A stretch of 64,000 nt of DNA from Syntrophales bacterium (GCA_963662405.2 CAXXKT010000001.1:2176001-2240000), one strand, 5' to 3'. Shown: positions 10,139 to 21,366, counted from the first letter of the stretch. Numbers and translations are program-made. The notes: generated by a model not told the origin, from the sequence alone.

Positions 10139-11319
10139 TGAACGAGACGCAACATGAAGAAAACGCAATAGTCAATGAAATTATGGAGGCATTGATATCA
10201 TGTGAGAAATGCCATTTCTGCAATACCGTGTGTCCCATTCTTGATTGTCGCATTACGCAGGGATCTTTCGGTATCAATCGCTCGATATATTATGGTCTGA
10301 AATGGGACGAACTGGATACCAAGCTGCGGGATTTGGTGTATTCCTGTACCACGTGTGGAAAATGCGTGGAGATGTGTAAAAAGGTATCACGGGCACTTCC
10401 GCTGGTGGATGTTTTCGAGAAGATGCGGGAGTATCTTTTGATTGAAAAAATGATGGGTCCCATGCCCGAACAGGTCAATGTGTTGAAGAATATGCATATT
10501 CAGGGAAACCCATGGGGCAATCCTTCGCATGAAAGAACGAAATGGGACGGACGGCATGACGTTCCCTTCGCTTCAGAAGCAAACCCGGTGGATGTGCTGT
10601 ATTTTGTCGGGTGTGCTTCTTCTTACGATCCCCAGGCGCAGAAGATAGCGAAGAACCTCAGTACAATCCTTAAAACGGCGAACATCAATTTTGGCATTCT
10701 TGAGGGCGAGACGTGCAGCGGACATGAGGCTAAGAGGATGGGCGAAACAGGACTCTTTGCCTATCTTGCCGAAGCTAATATGAACATGTTCATGGAAACG
10801 AAGGCCTCCCGTATCGTGACCGGTGATCCTCATGGTTTCTATAGTTTCACCCATGAATATCCGGAACAGATGAAATCCTTTCATGTCCAGCATTACAGCC
10901 AGTTCCTTAATGAATTGCTGGATGAAGGGAAACTGAATCTGACAAAAAAGCAGAACAAGACGATCACCTATCACGATCCCTGCTATCTGGGCCGGAGGAG
11001 TGGCATTTATGAGGATCCTAGAAATCTCATAAAAAAGGTGCCGGGTGTTACGCTGGTGGAGATGGAGAATACACGGGCGGAGAGTAACTGCTGTGGCATG
11101 GGCGGAGGACGCATGTGGACGGAGCTTCCTCACGATCTGCTTCCCTCTCAGACACTGGGCGAAAAGCGGGTTCTTGAAGCGATAGCGACCGATGCCGATA
11201 TTCTGGTCACGGCGTGTCCCTTCTGTAACATAACTCTCAATGACGCGGTGAAATCATTAGGACAAGAAGACACTATCGAGGTAATCGATATCACGGAACT
11301 TGTAATTCGATCATTGTAA
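10138..11319 (+). CDS. Fe-S oxidoreductase with CCG domains (GlcF/HdrD family)
   Basis: Two CxxCxxCxxxC ferredoxin motifs; YHDPCYLGR, CCGMGGG, ACPFC. Confidence 0.88.
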   Translation: MNETQHEENAIVNEIMEALISCEKCHFCNTVCPILDCRITQGSFGINRSIYYGLKWDELDTKLRDLVYSCTTCGKCVEMCKKVSRALPLVDVFEKMREYLLIEKMMGPMPEQVNVLKNMHIQGNPWGNPSHERTKWDGRHDVPFASEANPVDVLYFVGCASSYDPQAQKIAKNLSTILKTANINFGILEGETCSGHEAKRMGETGLFAYLAEANMNMFMETKASRIVTGDPHGFYSFTHEYPEQMKSFHVQHYSQFLNELLDEGKLNLTKKQNKTITYHDPCYLGRRSGIYEDPRNLIKKVPGVTLVEMENTRAESNCCGMGGGRMWTELPHDLLPSQTLGEKRVLEAIATDADILVTACPFCNITLNDAVKSLGQEDTIEVIDITELVIRSL

Positions 11320-11358
11320 AATCAGGTTTACACTAAATGCTTTAGGAGGACAATATAA

Positions 11359-12612
11359 ATGAGTAGCAACAAAGTAAAGAACGGAGCAGAAATCGGAGGC
11401 CCTTGGAAAACACCGAATTGGCATGTAAGTCCTTGGAATTTTCTGCCGGAAGTGACCAAGGATTTTGCACCCCCCAAGCAGGTAAAGATTCATGATATTA
11501 CCCTGCGGGATGGTGAACAGCAGGCCAAGGTTATTTTTACTAAAGACGATAAGATCAGGATAGCCGAGAAACTTGCCGAGATCGGTGTCCACCGTATTGA
11601 AACCGGTATGCCGGCCGTATCCCCGAATGATGAAGCAGCGATACGAGAGATTGTAAAACGAAATCTGCCGTCGGAGATCTTTTGTTTCTGTCGCTGTATG
11701 GCTCAAGACGTCAGACTCGCGGCTGACTGTGGTGTAAAAGGAATCGTTATTGAAATTCCTTCGAGTAAGCACCTTATCGAGCAAGGGTACAAATGGTCTA
11801 TGGAAAAGGCCATCGAACTTTCCGTTAAGGCGACGGCGGCGGCAAAAGAAGAAGGGCTCTACACCGTCTTTTTCACTATTGATGCCACCCGCTCCGATCT
11901 TGCGTGGCTTTTGAATCTGGTCGATCAGGTAGCTACTGAAGGCCACATGGATGCTTTTACGTTGGTGGATACCTTCGGCGTACTCTCCCCCCAGGCTGCG
12001 ACCTACTTTACCAAAAAGGTGAAAGAGAGAATCAACAAACCCCTTGAGGTTCACTTTCACCCGGATTTTGGCCTGGGTGTTGCCAATACCATTAACGCAG
12101 TCCTTGCGGGCGGGGAAGTCATTCATACAACGGTGACCGGAATAGGGGAGCGAGCGGGGAACACCCCCATGGAAGAGACTGTGCTGGCCCTGTTAGCTTT
12201 ATATGGAATCGATACGGGTATTGACTATAAGAAGCTTAATGAGACCGCGGCGCTTGTTCAGAGACTCTCAGGCGTGGAGGTTACCAGCAACCGGCCATTC
12301 ATCGGGGATGATGCCTACACCATTGAGTCTGGAATCGTCACAGGTTGGTTCAAGAATGTCTTTGAGAAGAACCCGACGACCGTGTTCCCCGTACATCCCG
12401 ATTTTGTGGGTCATGAGACGCCGAAGATTGTGATGGGCAAAAAAAGTGGTCTCGATAATCTTGAGATTTGGTGCCGTAAGCTTGGTCTTAATCTGGATGA
12501 AGAGAAAGCCATGGATGTTCTCATGGAAGTAAAACTGCGATCACATGATCTCAAACGGGTGCTGACTGAGGATGAATTTGCAAGCATTGTCGAAAAGACA
12601 CAGGGATCTTGA
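11359..12612 (+). CDS. DRE-TIM metallolyase (HMGL-like; homocitrate/isopropylmalate synthase-like, no regulatory domain)
   Basis: DITLRDGEQ, HFHPDFG, GIGERAGN, GKKSG. Confidence 0.82.
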   Translation: MSSNKVKNGAEIGGPWKTPNWHVSPWNFLPEVTKDFAPPKQVKIHDITLRDGEQQAKVIFTKDDKIRIAEKLAEIGVHRIETGMPAVSPNDEAAIREIVKRNLPSEIFCFCRCMAQDVRLAADCGVKGIVIEIPSSKHLIEQGYKWSMEKAIELSVKATAAAKEEGLYTVFFTIDATRSDLAWLLNLVDQVATEGHMDAFTLVDTFGVLSPQAATYFTKKVKERINKPLEVHFHPDFGLGVANTINAVLAGGEVIHTTVTGIGERAGNTPMEETVLALLALYGIDTGIDYKKLNETAALVQRLSGVEVTSNRPFIGDDAYTIESGIVTGWFKNVFEKNPTTVFPVHPDFVGHETPKIVMGKKSGLDNLEIWCRKLGLNLDEEKAMDVLMEVKLRSHDLKRVLTEDEFASIVEKTQGS

Positions 12613-12798
12613 TCTATGATGGAACCATAAAGAGGGGTCTTTGCCCACTGTTGTAAAAAGAGAGATGGTTCTCGGTCTGAATTAACCAATCTCGAAGTGA
12701 AAAAGTGAGGAAGATGCCCTTTAGTTTTTGGAAAACGTGGTTAGGCGGAAAGCGGAATCAGAGGTAGTAAAAACCAAAACGAAAGAGGAGGAAATGAG

Positions 12799-13917
12799 AT
12801 GTTGAGAATGGTGAGATCGAGTGCAGCAGTCATTGCCGCAGCAGTTGTTCTTGGTATTGCGTTTTTGTTGCCGACGCCACAGGTACAGGCTGCCGAGAAA
12901 GACAAAAGCATGAAATGGGTAGGCCAGGCGTTTTGCGGTCGTTCTATTCGAATTTTTGATGGGATAGATCAAATGGCGTATATGATAGAAAAATACACAG
13001 ATGGACGGCTGAAAGTAGAGTGCAAGCAGGCCGGTGAAATAGTCCCCGCAGGACAGGTCTTTGACGCCGCGGGCCAGGGGATTATTGATTTTGGGCATGC
13101 ATGCACCTGCATGGCTCGGGCCAAGTCAGAGGCGCTTCAGTGGTATTGTGATGCACCCGGGAGCCAAAGCCCGATAGAAGAGCTGATCTGGTATTACAAC
13201 GGCGGCGGCAAGGAGATATTGGAAGACATCTTCGAGAAGAAGTATCATGTTCATCCGCTTGCCTGTATACAGCATACCGCTGAAATCTGGCTGTTTTCCA
13301 ATAAAAAGATCGAAAAGGTAGACGATTTAGTTGGGTTGAAGGTGCGGTCCGCCGGCGTGAGGGCTGAAGTTATGAAGAAGTTGGGCGTGTCAGTTGTGAT
13401 CCTGCCGGGTGATGAAATCGTTCCTGCTATGGAGAGAGGGGTTATAGACGCTATGGAGTACGGTGGTCTTTACCTCACCTACGATGTTGGTTTTAACGAT
13501 GTCACTAAGTATCTCTATTATCACCCCAAGAAATCTACCTCTCCCTTCAATATCTGGGCTGTCAATCTGGACAAGTGGAATGCCCTTCCTGATGATATGA
13601 AAAAGGCAGTGGAACGGGCAAGCAGAGATGCCGTCCTTCATTCTCTATCCTATTCAATCGAACAGGATTTTCTCGATATGAAAAAGGCTGTGGAGTTGAA
13701 GAAGAATATTATTCTGACTTTGCCTGAAGAGGTGACAGATGCCGTGGATGCGGCTTCAGCGGATTATTACTATGAAAAAGCAAAAACGGATAAAGATCTG
13801 GCGCGCATTCTGGAATCGTGGGCCAAGTTCAAGAAAGAATACGGTCCCTATGGAAAATGGATAGATTACATAAATATGACAGGCGATCACCTGGGACTGG
13901 TAAAAGGCGATTCGTAA
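12799..13917 (+). CDS. dctP: TRAP transporter substrate-binding protein
   Basis: Signal peptide; AGEIVP, GLKVR, AMERGVIDA. Confidence 0.88.
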   Translation: MLRMVRSSAAVIAAAVVLGIAFLLPTPQVQAAEKDKSMKWVGQAFCGRSIRIFDGIDQMAYMIEKYTDGRLKVECKQAGEIVPAGQVFDAAGQGIIDFGHACTCMARAKSEALQWYCDAPGSQSPIEELIWYYNGGGKEILEDIFEKKYHVHPLACIQHTAEIWLFSNKKIEKVDDLVGLKVRSAGVRAEVMKKLGVSVVILPGDEIVPAMERGVIDAMEYGGLYLTYDVGFNDVTKYLYYHPKKSTSPFNIWAVNLDKWNALPDDMKKAVERASRDAVLHSLSYSIEQDFLDMKKAVELKKNIILTLPEEVTDAVDAASADYYYEKAKTDKDLARILESWAKFKKEYGPYGKWIDYINMTGDHLGLVKGDS

Positions 13918-13950
13918 GCAGGCCTTTTGAAAATAACAGGTGACCGGAAA

Positions 13951-13995
13951 CCCGGCGGCGGTAAGCGCGAATTGACTCTACTTCCCGCCGCCGGG
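13951..13995 (+). other. GC-rich stem-loop after dctP (terminator or mRNA stabiliser)
   Basis: CCCGGCGGCGG...CCGCCGCCGGG inverted repeat. Confidence 0.5.
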
Positions 13996-14595
13996 ACTCA
14001 AAACAGGCTCTTGAAAATACAATCAGTGCTGAACCTGTATGAGCGCATTACATACTGGTTTTGATGTTCTTTTATGATTTTTAGGGGGTGTTCTTTTGAG
14101 CATTGTCCGGCGGGTTGATCACTGTAGGAGAGAAAAAAGTTGGAAGGGTGGATAATGTATTCAACTCAGAAGTAGGCTTAGCCATCGAGGAAATGGAATC
14201 CGTATTTCCGCGTGAGACCTATTATCCCTTCTCATACAGTTATCACGAACATAAAACTGTGCATTTCAAATCAATGGATGGTGAGCTGAGTATCCGTGTG
14301 ATGAACCTGGTTGTCTGGTATGTGTTAAGAAACGAGGGAGCAATGAGTTGATGGTGTTTGAAATATTTAAAATCTGTTTGATCACAAAACCTGGATAAAC
14401 AAACCGGGTAGGTTATCATTGCCATGAGGAATCACTGTGTTGGGGTTGGGGGTCATGAGCACGCAAAGTGTGTTGTGTGTCGTGAAAAACAATGATGAGG
14501 CGTGGATCGCCACCCCTAGCTTTGCTATCTGTTCCTCCATTGTTTCCCTTGGATAGGAAAAGGGCAATGCAATAAATGTAAAGGGGGCTCTCAAA

Positions 14596-15102
14596 ATGGA
14601 TCTTCTCAAGTGGATCGATAATATCAGTATCTATACCGGCAAGATATTTCGATGGGCAGGGCTGCTACTCTCCCTTGTTGTCCTGTACGAAGTCGCGGCT
14701 CGATATCTCTTTAATAGACCCACTATGTGGGTTTTTGACACATCACTCATCTTATATTCCATGCTTTTCATCTTTGGCGCAACATATGTTCTGTGGGAGC
14801 AGAAACATATCAAAGTTGATGTCCTTTACAATAGATGGTCACCGCGTACCCAAAGGGTTATTGACGCGATTTTTTATCTCGTGTTCTTTTTCCCCTTCGT
14901 GTGCGTGATGATATGGTTCGGAAGTAAGATGGCGTATATATCAACTGTTGCAGGTGAGATAAGCAATTCAAGTACCTGGGGCGAGCCGATTTATTTGTGG
15001 AAATGGATGATCCCCGTCGGGTTTTCCCTTTTGTTACTGCAAGGAATCGCGGAATTTGTGCGCACTATACAGAAGTTGAGGAGGACGGAGTATGACTCTT
15101 GA
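14596..15102 (+). CDS. dctQ: TRAP transporter small permease
   Basis: Four TM segments; ARYLFNRPT, HIKVD. Confidence 0.88.
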   Translation: MDLLKWIDNISIYTGKIFRWAGLLLSLVVLYEVAARYLFNRPTMWVFDTSLILYSMLFIFGATYVLWEQKHIKVDVLYNRWSPRTQRVIDAIFYLVFFFPFVCVMIWFGSKMAYISTVAGEISNSSTWGEPIYLWKWMIPVGFSLLLLQGIAEFVRTIQKLRRTEYDS

Positions 15103-16408
15103 AATCTTGGCATTCGTGCTATTGGGTCTTATTGTTGTTTCGATTTTAGCCGGAATCCCCGTTGCTTTTGCGCTCTCTTCGTTGCCACTGATCTTCGGGT
15201 TTGTTTTCCTCGGAGACAGAATCCTACCGATGTACCCGATGCAATGTTTCGGGGTAATGCTGACGTATCCCTTTCTTGCTTGCCCGCTCTTTATTCTCAT
15301 GGGTTCGCTTATGGAAAAATCGGGTATAGCCGATCAATTGTATAACAGCTTTTACCAACTTCTCGGCACCGTTCGGGGTGGCCTCGCCATCGCAACCGTT
15401 GCAATGGCCACAATTTTTGGTGCGTGTACGGGAAATGTTGGTGCCGGCGTTATAACGATAGGCCTGCTCGCCCTCCCGCCGATGTTGGCGAGAGGATATG
15501 ACAAGGCCCTGGCTACGGGGTGTATTATGGTAGGCGGAGGATTGGGGGTTACCATACCTCCCAGTCTTATGTTGATCTTATATGGTGCTTCATCGGGAGT
15601 TTCTATCTCTGCACTGTTCGTTGCGGCCCTTATTCCAGGAATTCTCATGGGCTTTGTCTATATGGTCTACATCTATGTAAAGGCATCGCTTAAACCTGAG
15701 GTTGCGCCCCCTATTAAAGAAACAGATAAGATCAGAGGGCTTCCCTTGGTCCGCATGGTCTTTACCTCCTTGATACCCCCCATATTTCTTATTTTGGCTG
15801 TCCTGGGATCGATCTTTTTCGGAGTCGTGTCGCCTTCAGAAGCAGGGGCAATGGGTGTGCTCGGGGCAGGAATCCTTACGGTGGTATATGGGAAATTTTC
15901 GAAGAAGATGCTGACGGAGTGTATTACCTATACGTTGAGAATCACTTCAGCCATCGTCTTTATTTGCTTTGGCGGAAAATTATTTACAAGTATTTTCATC
16001 GGTATGGGTGGGGACCGGGGGCTTGTGAACTTCATGGAGTTATTTAATTTGGGGACCACCGGTATGATCTTCATGATGTTGTTCATCGTCTTCCTGATGG
16101 GGATGATTATGGACTGGATTGCCCTGATCTTCATCCTGGTTCCTATCTATGGCCCCATATTGAAGACTCTGGGTGTCGATCCTCTCTATTTCGGGATTAT
16201 GTTTTGTTTGGTCCTCCAAGTCTCCAATATCACTCCACCGTTTGCCTATTCTGTATTTTATTTGAAAACAATTACACCGAAAGAAGTCACGATCGGGGAC
16301 ATGTATAGGGGGTGTATCCCCTTTGCCTGTGTGACCTTAATTGTTCCGCTTCTCGTGTTCTTGTTCCCGAAGCTTGCTTTGTGGCTGCCGGCACTGATGC
16401 AAAACTGA
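15092..16408 (+). CDS. dctM: TRAP transporter large permease
   Basis: GIPVAF, PLFILMG, IPPS, TPPF motifs; about 12 TM segments. Confidence 0.92.
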   Translation: MTLEILAFVLLGLIVVSILAGIPVAFALSSLPLIFGFVFLGDRILPMYPMQCFGVMLTYPFLACPLFILMGSLMEKSGIADQLYNSFYQLLGTVRGGLAIATVAMATIFGACTGNVGAGVITIGLLALPPMLARGYDKALATGCIMVGGGLGVTIPPSLMLILYGASSGVSISALFVAALIPGILMGFVYMVYIYVKASLKPEVAPPIKETDKIRGLPLVRMVFTSLIPPIFLILAVLGSIFFGVVSPSEAGAMGVLGAGILTVVYGKFSKKMLTECITYTLRITSAIVFICFGGKLFTSIFIGMGGDRGLVNFMELFNLGTTGMIFMMLFIVFLMGMIMDWIALIFILVPIYGPILKTLGVDPLYFGIMFCLVLQVSNITPPFAYSVFYLKTITPKEVTIGDMYRGCIPFACVTLIVPLLVFLFPKLALWLPALMQN

Positions 16409-16605
16409 TCGGAATTTCGCGTAGAGCTGGAGGAAATGAAAAGATCAATGGAGATTGAAGCATCTTTCAACTGGGGGACGTTTCGCTTTTGATCAGAGGG
16501 CAAGTTTCTGCCCGAGTTTGTTCGCAGTCTCTTTGTCGCTCGATTGATGATGTGGTGGTCGGTTCGGTACAAGATAAAGAATCATAATTGCCTGTGAGAT
16601 AAAGA

Positions 16606-17136
16606 ATGGTAATGGGACAGACAGAACAAAAGCTTTTGCGGAAGGCATATGATTTGGGGTTCGAGTACGAAAAAACATATCGGGGTTGTTCGCAGTGTGT
16701 GATAGCGGCGATACACGATACCCTGCATATAAGGGATGACAGCGTGTTCAAGGCGGGTACCGGTCTCGCAGGTGGCGGAGGCTTAACCGGAATCGGGGTG
16801 TGTGGCGGTTATGTGGGCGGTGTCATGGTCATCAGCCAATTGCTCGGTCGTGAGCGCTCCAATTTTGAGGATCCTGAAGGGATCAGATTCAAATGTTCAG
16901 AAGTGATACGGAGATTCATCCGGCAGTACACCAGGGAATTGGGTTCCATTATCTGCAGGGACATTCAATTTATCAGATTCGGCCGTCCCTATTATATCGC
17001 TGATACGGATGATTTTGAAAAGTTCGAAAAGGCGGGTGGACATATTGATAAATGCCCCGATGTGGTAGGGAAGGCTTCTCAACTGGCGGTAAAATTGATT
17101 TTAGATGAGGGCTTAGTCGCGTTACCGAGACAATGA
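16606..17136 (+). CDS. C-GCAxxG-C-C family putative redox protein
   Basis: GCSQ, GLAGGGG...VCGG, ICRDI, KCP. Confidence 0.8.
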   Translation: MVMGQTEQKLLRKAYDLGFEYEKTYRGCSQCVIAAIHDTLHIRDDSVFKAGTGLAGGGGLTGIGVCGGYVGGVMVISQLLGRERSNFEDPEGIRFKCSEVIRRFIRQYTRELGSIICRDIQFIRFGRPYYIADTDDFEKFEKAGGHIDKCPDVVGKASQLAVKLILDEGLVALPRQ

Positions 17137-17413
17137 ATTTTGAATGTCAACAAACAGGTACGTAATTTATCACATCGAATACTGCTGTCAACAAAAGCAA
17201 TTGAGTGAGTTTTAACCATACTGCTATTGAACCCCACCGGGAATTCTCCACCCGTAAGGGTGTGGAGATTTAGGAGTTACCGCCTAACGTGATGCCCCGC
17301 AAAGGTATTTGTTACAACTGCATCCTCGAGGTGATGAATTTTTGCCGGTATTACTTTCATTTTAGAAAACAAACAAAGGGGTAATACGCGGTGAGACGGA
17401 AAGGAGATACAGT

Positions 17414-18793
17414 ATGAGCTATACTGAAAAGTTGGTTGATTTAATAGTGGAATTTAAAAAGGATGCCGTTCCGGAAGATGTGATAGAACACACAAAACTA
17501 TATGTTTTAGATAATATCGGATGTGCAGTTGGCGGATATGCAACAAAGCAGGGTCGCGAAATAGTCGAGCAAGCGAAAGACCTCGGTGGTGGAGGCAGCT
17601 CGACGATTTTTGTTGATGGAGGCAAGATTTCAGCGCCGTTTGCATGCTGGGCCAATTCAAGCTTATCCAATGTATTGGATATGGATGATGTCTTTGCAGG
17701 TACGGCACATCAAGGCAATTGCCTCATTCCCACCGCGTTTGGGCTCGGCGAAATGAAAGGCGCATCCGGATTGGATGTTATTCACGCCATTATTTTAGGA
17801 TTTGAGGTAGGGTCCCGCATCATGATGTACTCTTGGCCCTCCCCGGCTATGGAAGGGCAGTATTTTCCCTCAACGTGGCAGGTGTTTGATGCTGTTACTG
17901 TAACGGCCAATCTACTCCGGATGGAGAGGAAAGAAATTTATCATGCCTTTGGGTTGGCCGGAACAGTTCCTCCTGTCCCCATTGATATGAGCAAATTTGT
18001 GGAGAAGCCCATGGGATTTGCCAAAAATCCTTTCGGGTGGACCACCTTTACCGGTGTTTTCTGGACATTAATGGCTCAGAAGGGAACCGAAGGGGTACCG
18101 AACATATTTGATGGCGATTCAGGGTTTTGGAAGATAATGGGTTCGGACTATCGAGACTTTGATAAACTGTTGGAAGGCTTCGGCGAAAAGTACAACATTA
18201 CTGAAACCAAATATAAGCCATATCCATTGTGCACGTGGGGACATACGAGTGTCGATACGGTCAAGAAAGTTTTCTCGGAAAATAATATCGAACCGGATGC
18301 GATTCAAGAGATCAAAGTGAAAACCATCAACCGGGCAACCGAATTTCTGTCGGGTATAGATCTCGAGTCCATATACGACGCACAGTTTAGCTTGCCTCAC
18401 GCAATCGCCATGATGATACTGGGGAAAGCGCCGGGACCGGAATGGATGACAGAGGAAAACTTATTTGGGAATGAGAAAGCCAGGGAATTGGCTAAGAAAG
18501 TGAGAATAGTAACGGATCCGTGGGCAGAGAAGATAGCCGATGAGGAAAAGGGAGTGGCGATTCCATCATCTGTTGAAGTAACGATGTATGATGGAACGAT
18601 GTTCAGCGATAGCTTGAAATATTCGAAGGGGACAACAGAGAATCCCTTTACGGCCGACGAGCTTAAACAAAAATTTTTAGGGCTTGCTTCATCGGTATAT
18701 AGCAGGGAGAAAGTCTTGCAAATACTCGAAACGATAGAAAATCTCGATAAAGTAGACAAGATCTCTCAGTTGACAACTCTCTTGGTCCCTTGA
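17414..18793 (+). CDS. MmgE/PrpD family protein
   Basis: LDMDD...H motif, KPYPLC, AQFSLP, KGTTENP. Confidence 0.88.
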   Translation: MSYTEKLVDLIVEFKKDAVPEDVIEHTKLYVLDNIGCAVGGYATKQGREIVEQAKDLGGGGSSTIFVDGGKISAPFACWANSSLSNVLDMDDVFAGTAHQGNCLIPTAFGLGEMKGASGLDVIHAIILGFEVGSRIMMYSWPSPAMEGQYFPSTWQVFDAVTVTANLLRMERKEIYHAFGLAGTVPPVPIDMSKFVEKPMGFAKNPFGWTTFTGVFWTLMAQKGTEGVPNIFDGDSGFWKIMGSDYRDFDKLLEGFGEKYNITETKYKPYPLCTWGHTSVDTVKKVFSENNIEPDAIQEIKVKTINRATEFLSGIDLESIYDAQFSLPHAIAMMILGKAPGPEWMTEENLFGNEKARELAKKVRIVTDPWAEKIADEEKGVAIPSSVEVTMYDGTMFSDSLKYSKGTTENPFTADELKQKFLGLASSVYSREKVLQILETIENLDKVDKISQLTTLLVP

Positions 18794-19035
18794 ACGGGCG
18801 ATCATCGGCTTGTGCTCCATGAGATTCAACTGGTTCAGCCCGCCGGTAAGGGGATGCCTGTATCTGCGAAATCCGTGATATGTATCAAGCCGGATTTCGA
18901 GATCAAAGGGATCTGCTGTGGGGTTTCTCGGGGGTGGCCAAGGAGGAACTCCCCGGCGTGGACGGTCATATTTGATGGTATTTTCAGATACTGCCATATT
19001 GGTCGCAGAAATTATTGATAAAGGAGGAAAGTAAC

Positions 19036-19497
19036 ATGATACCGAAGATCAAGCGAATTCTTCACGCAACGGATCTCTCCACGAACGCCGTGTATTCTTT
19101 TCAATATGCCGTAGACACAGCGGAAAAGTACGATGCTGAAATAATTATATTGCATGTCATTGAGGAGGAACCTGCAGCCGTTCGAGTATACAACATCCAA
19201 GAGAGAGATGTTGCGGCTCTGAAAGAGAAGGCGTTAAAAGAACTGAACCGCTATATCGGTGAGGTTTTCCAGAACGAATCTCAGGGAAGAGCAGATTGCA
19301 TAAAGGGAATAGACGTCAAGGAAGGATATCCCGCAGAAGAGATACTCAAAACAGTTGACGAACAAAACTGTGATATGATCGTCATGGGCGATCACGGAAA
19401 AGGATTTCTGACCCACGCTTTTCTCGGAAGTGTTGCCGAGCGAGTCCTAAGGAGTTCACGTAAACCGGTCCTTATCATTCCTCTTCCGGAACAATAA
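19036..19497 (+). CDS. Universal stress protein
   Basis: ILHATDLS, IVMGDHG, LGSVAERV. Confidence 0.9.
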   Translation: MIPKIKRILHATDLSTNAVYSFQYAVDTAEKYDAEIIILHVIEEEPAAVRVYNIQERDVAALKEKALKELNRYIGEVFQNESQGRADCIKGIDVKEGYPAEEILKTVDEQNCDMIVMGDHGKGFLTHAFLGSVAERVLRSSRKPVLIIPLPEQ

Positions 19498-19927
19498 AAA
19501 ACCCGACATAGAGCATCGCCAGATACGGTGATAAGGTGGGTTGTTGTGATGGGATTGGGAGTGGAAAAGGTTTGGGAGCAATGCGTATTGTTAACTCGAT
19601 CACTTTGACTATAAGTGGTCCGTATTACTGAGTTAAGCTTTCTTCGAACATCATAGGGAGCTCTCTTGGCGTGGCAGAAGCTCTGTTATGCATTCAGCAA
19701 AGGACAACGCCACCATGATAGCATCGTTGAATCTTTGGTTGCCCAACCATATGGTATCGTTTGAAAAACCTGCGGTGGACGTGGATACTTCAATCCAAAA
19801 TCAGATTATGGAGCTACCTGAAAGGTTTCTGAAACGAAGAAGAACCGATCGAGAAGTTGCATTTTTTTGCGTGAGCAGGCCATATCTGTTTCAACAATCA
19901 ATGGAGACAAAGGAGAAAGATTGACAA

Positions 19928-20755
19928 ATGGGCATCGAAATTTCGTTGAAAGATAAAGTGGCACTTATTACGGGTTCAAGGAGGGGGCTCGGTAGGGCCA
20001 TGGCGTTGCGTTTTGCGGAGGCGGGGGCGGATGTTGTCGTTAATGATGTTGTCGCCGAGGATGGACAATTAAGTGACACCGCTGCGGAAATCCGGAGATT
20101 GGGGCGACGTTCGACTGCCGTTAAGGCCGATGTAAGTAATAAAAAAGATGTTGAAGGCATGATAGAACAAACGCTTACTGAGTTTGGAAGGATCGATATC
20201 CTTGTAAATAATGCGGTCATTGGTTTAAAAGATACCGTTGTTAATCTCCAGGAAAGCGATTGGGACAGGGCGGTAGGCATAGGTTTGAAGGGCCCTTTTT
20301 TGTGTTCTCAAGCAGCGGGGCGAAGAATGATGGAACAAAAAAACGGTTGCATCATCAATATTGCATCAATACGGGCGTTCCGGCCAAAAGCCGGTTTTTT
20401 TCCATACGGCCTCATAAAGGGGGGGATGGTTCTGCTCACCAAGCAACTGACGCGAGAAATGAGCGATTTTAATATACGGGCCAACGCCATTGCACCCGGC
20501 TACGTCAAAACCGAATTGACCCAGTACTACTGGCAGCTTCCGGATCAGGTGGAAGCAATACGGGGTGAAATCCCATTCGGTCATCAGCCGTGTGAACCGA
20601 TTGATATTGCGAATGCAGCTCTTTTCCTGGCATCAGACTTAGCCAGGTACATTACGGGACATACGCTTGTCGTCGATGGTGGTGTACTTTCCGGACATCC
20701 TGTAGTTCCGTACAGGTTAAGAGAAGAAGTTGGGGAAAAACAGACAGGTGCCTGA
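19928..20755 (+). CDS. Short-chain dehydrogenase/reductase
   Basis: TGSRRGLG, NNA, YxxxK (YGLIK), IAPG. Confidence 0.9.
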   Translation: MGIEISLKDKVALITGSRRGLGRAMALRFAEAGADVVVNDVVAEDGQLSDTAAEIRRLGRRSTAVKADVSNKKDVEGMIEQTLTEFGRIDILVNNAVIGLKDTVVNLQESDWDRAVGIGLKGPFLCSQAAGRRMMEQKNGCIINIASIRAFRPKAGFFPYGLIKGGMVLLTKQLTREMSDFNIRANAIAPGYVKTELTQYYWQLPDQVEAIRGEIPFGHQPCEPIDIANAALFLASDLARYITGHTLVVDGGVLSGHPVVPYRLREEVGEKQTGA

Positions 20756-20897
20756 GTGCTGAAATTACTTTATGCCGGAGAAGACGAGAAATTGAAGATA
20801 AGCAAAAGACCACGGAAGAGTCGAATATCGGCCTTCAAGGCGAAGATACTATTGAAAATGTTAATAAATAACCGGAAAATAGTTGAGTTTTTCTATT

Positions 20898-21055
20898 GAT
20901 ATCAGTTGCATCCCAACCGAATCGCCGCCGGGACGAGTTTCGATAGTGATTTTATCCTGGGGATGGCGAAGACGGAGGGTTCGGTGAAGATCCTCCTCGA
21001 CATCGACCGGATCCTGAGCCAGGACGAGGTGGCACTCTTGGACGAGGTGGCATAG
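20898..21055 (+). pseudogene. cheW: C-terminal remnant of a cheW gene
   Basis: Translates to ...DFILGMAKTEGSVKILLDIDRILSQDE...; no start codon or N-terminal part. Confidence 0.65.
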
Positions 21056-21366
21056 CTCACCATACAGTCAGACAACACTGCAGAGGAGGAATTCGGTTTT
21101 GTTCCGGCCCCTGCTACCTCCTGGCCCGCATCCTCCTCCTCCCCGATGCGGGCCATCATATAACGAAGAGGATCGGGCTTTCCATACCCGTATCTTTAAC
21201 GAGATCCCCGTTACATTACAAAGACCGGATGTTTCGTTTTCTGGTATTAAATGTGCTTACAAATCAACAGGTATGCATTGCCGAAATCTGCTGTACTTTT
21301 TAGCGTAAGAATGTGCTAAGCAGTCAAGCGAGGGTGTGATTGATTGAGGACTAATACTGAAGAAAA

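Noticed and set aside
14000..14590. ORFs or an IS scar in the long dctP-dctQ spacer
   Set aside because: Short ORFs without motifs; only weak IR-like similarity and no TSD
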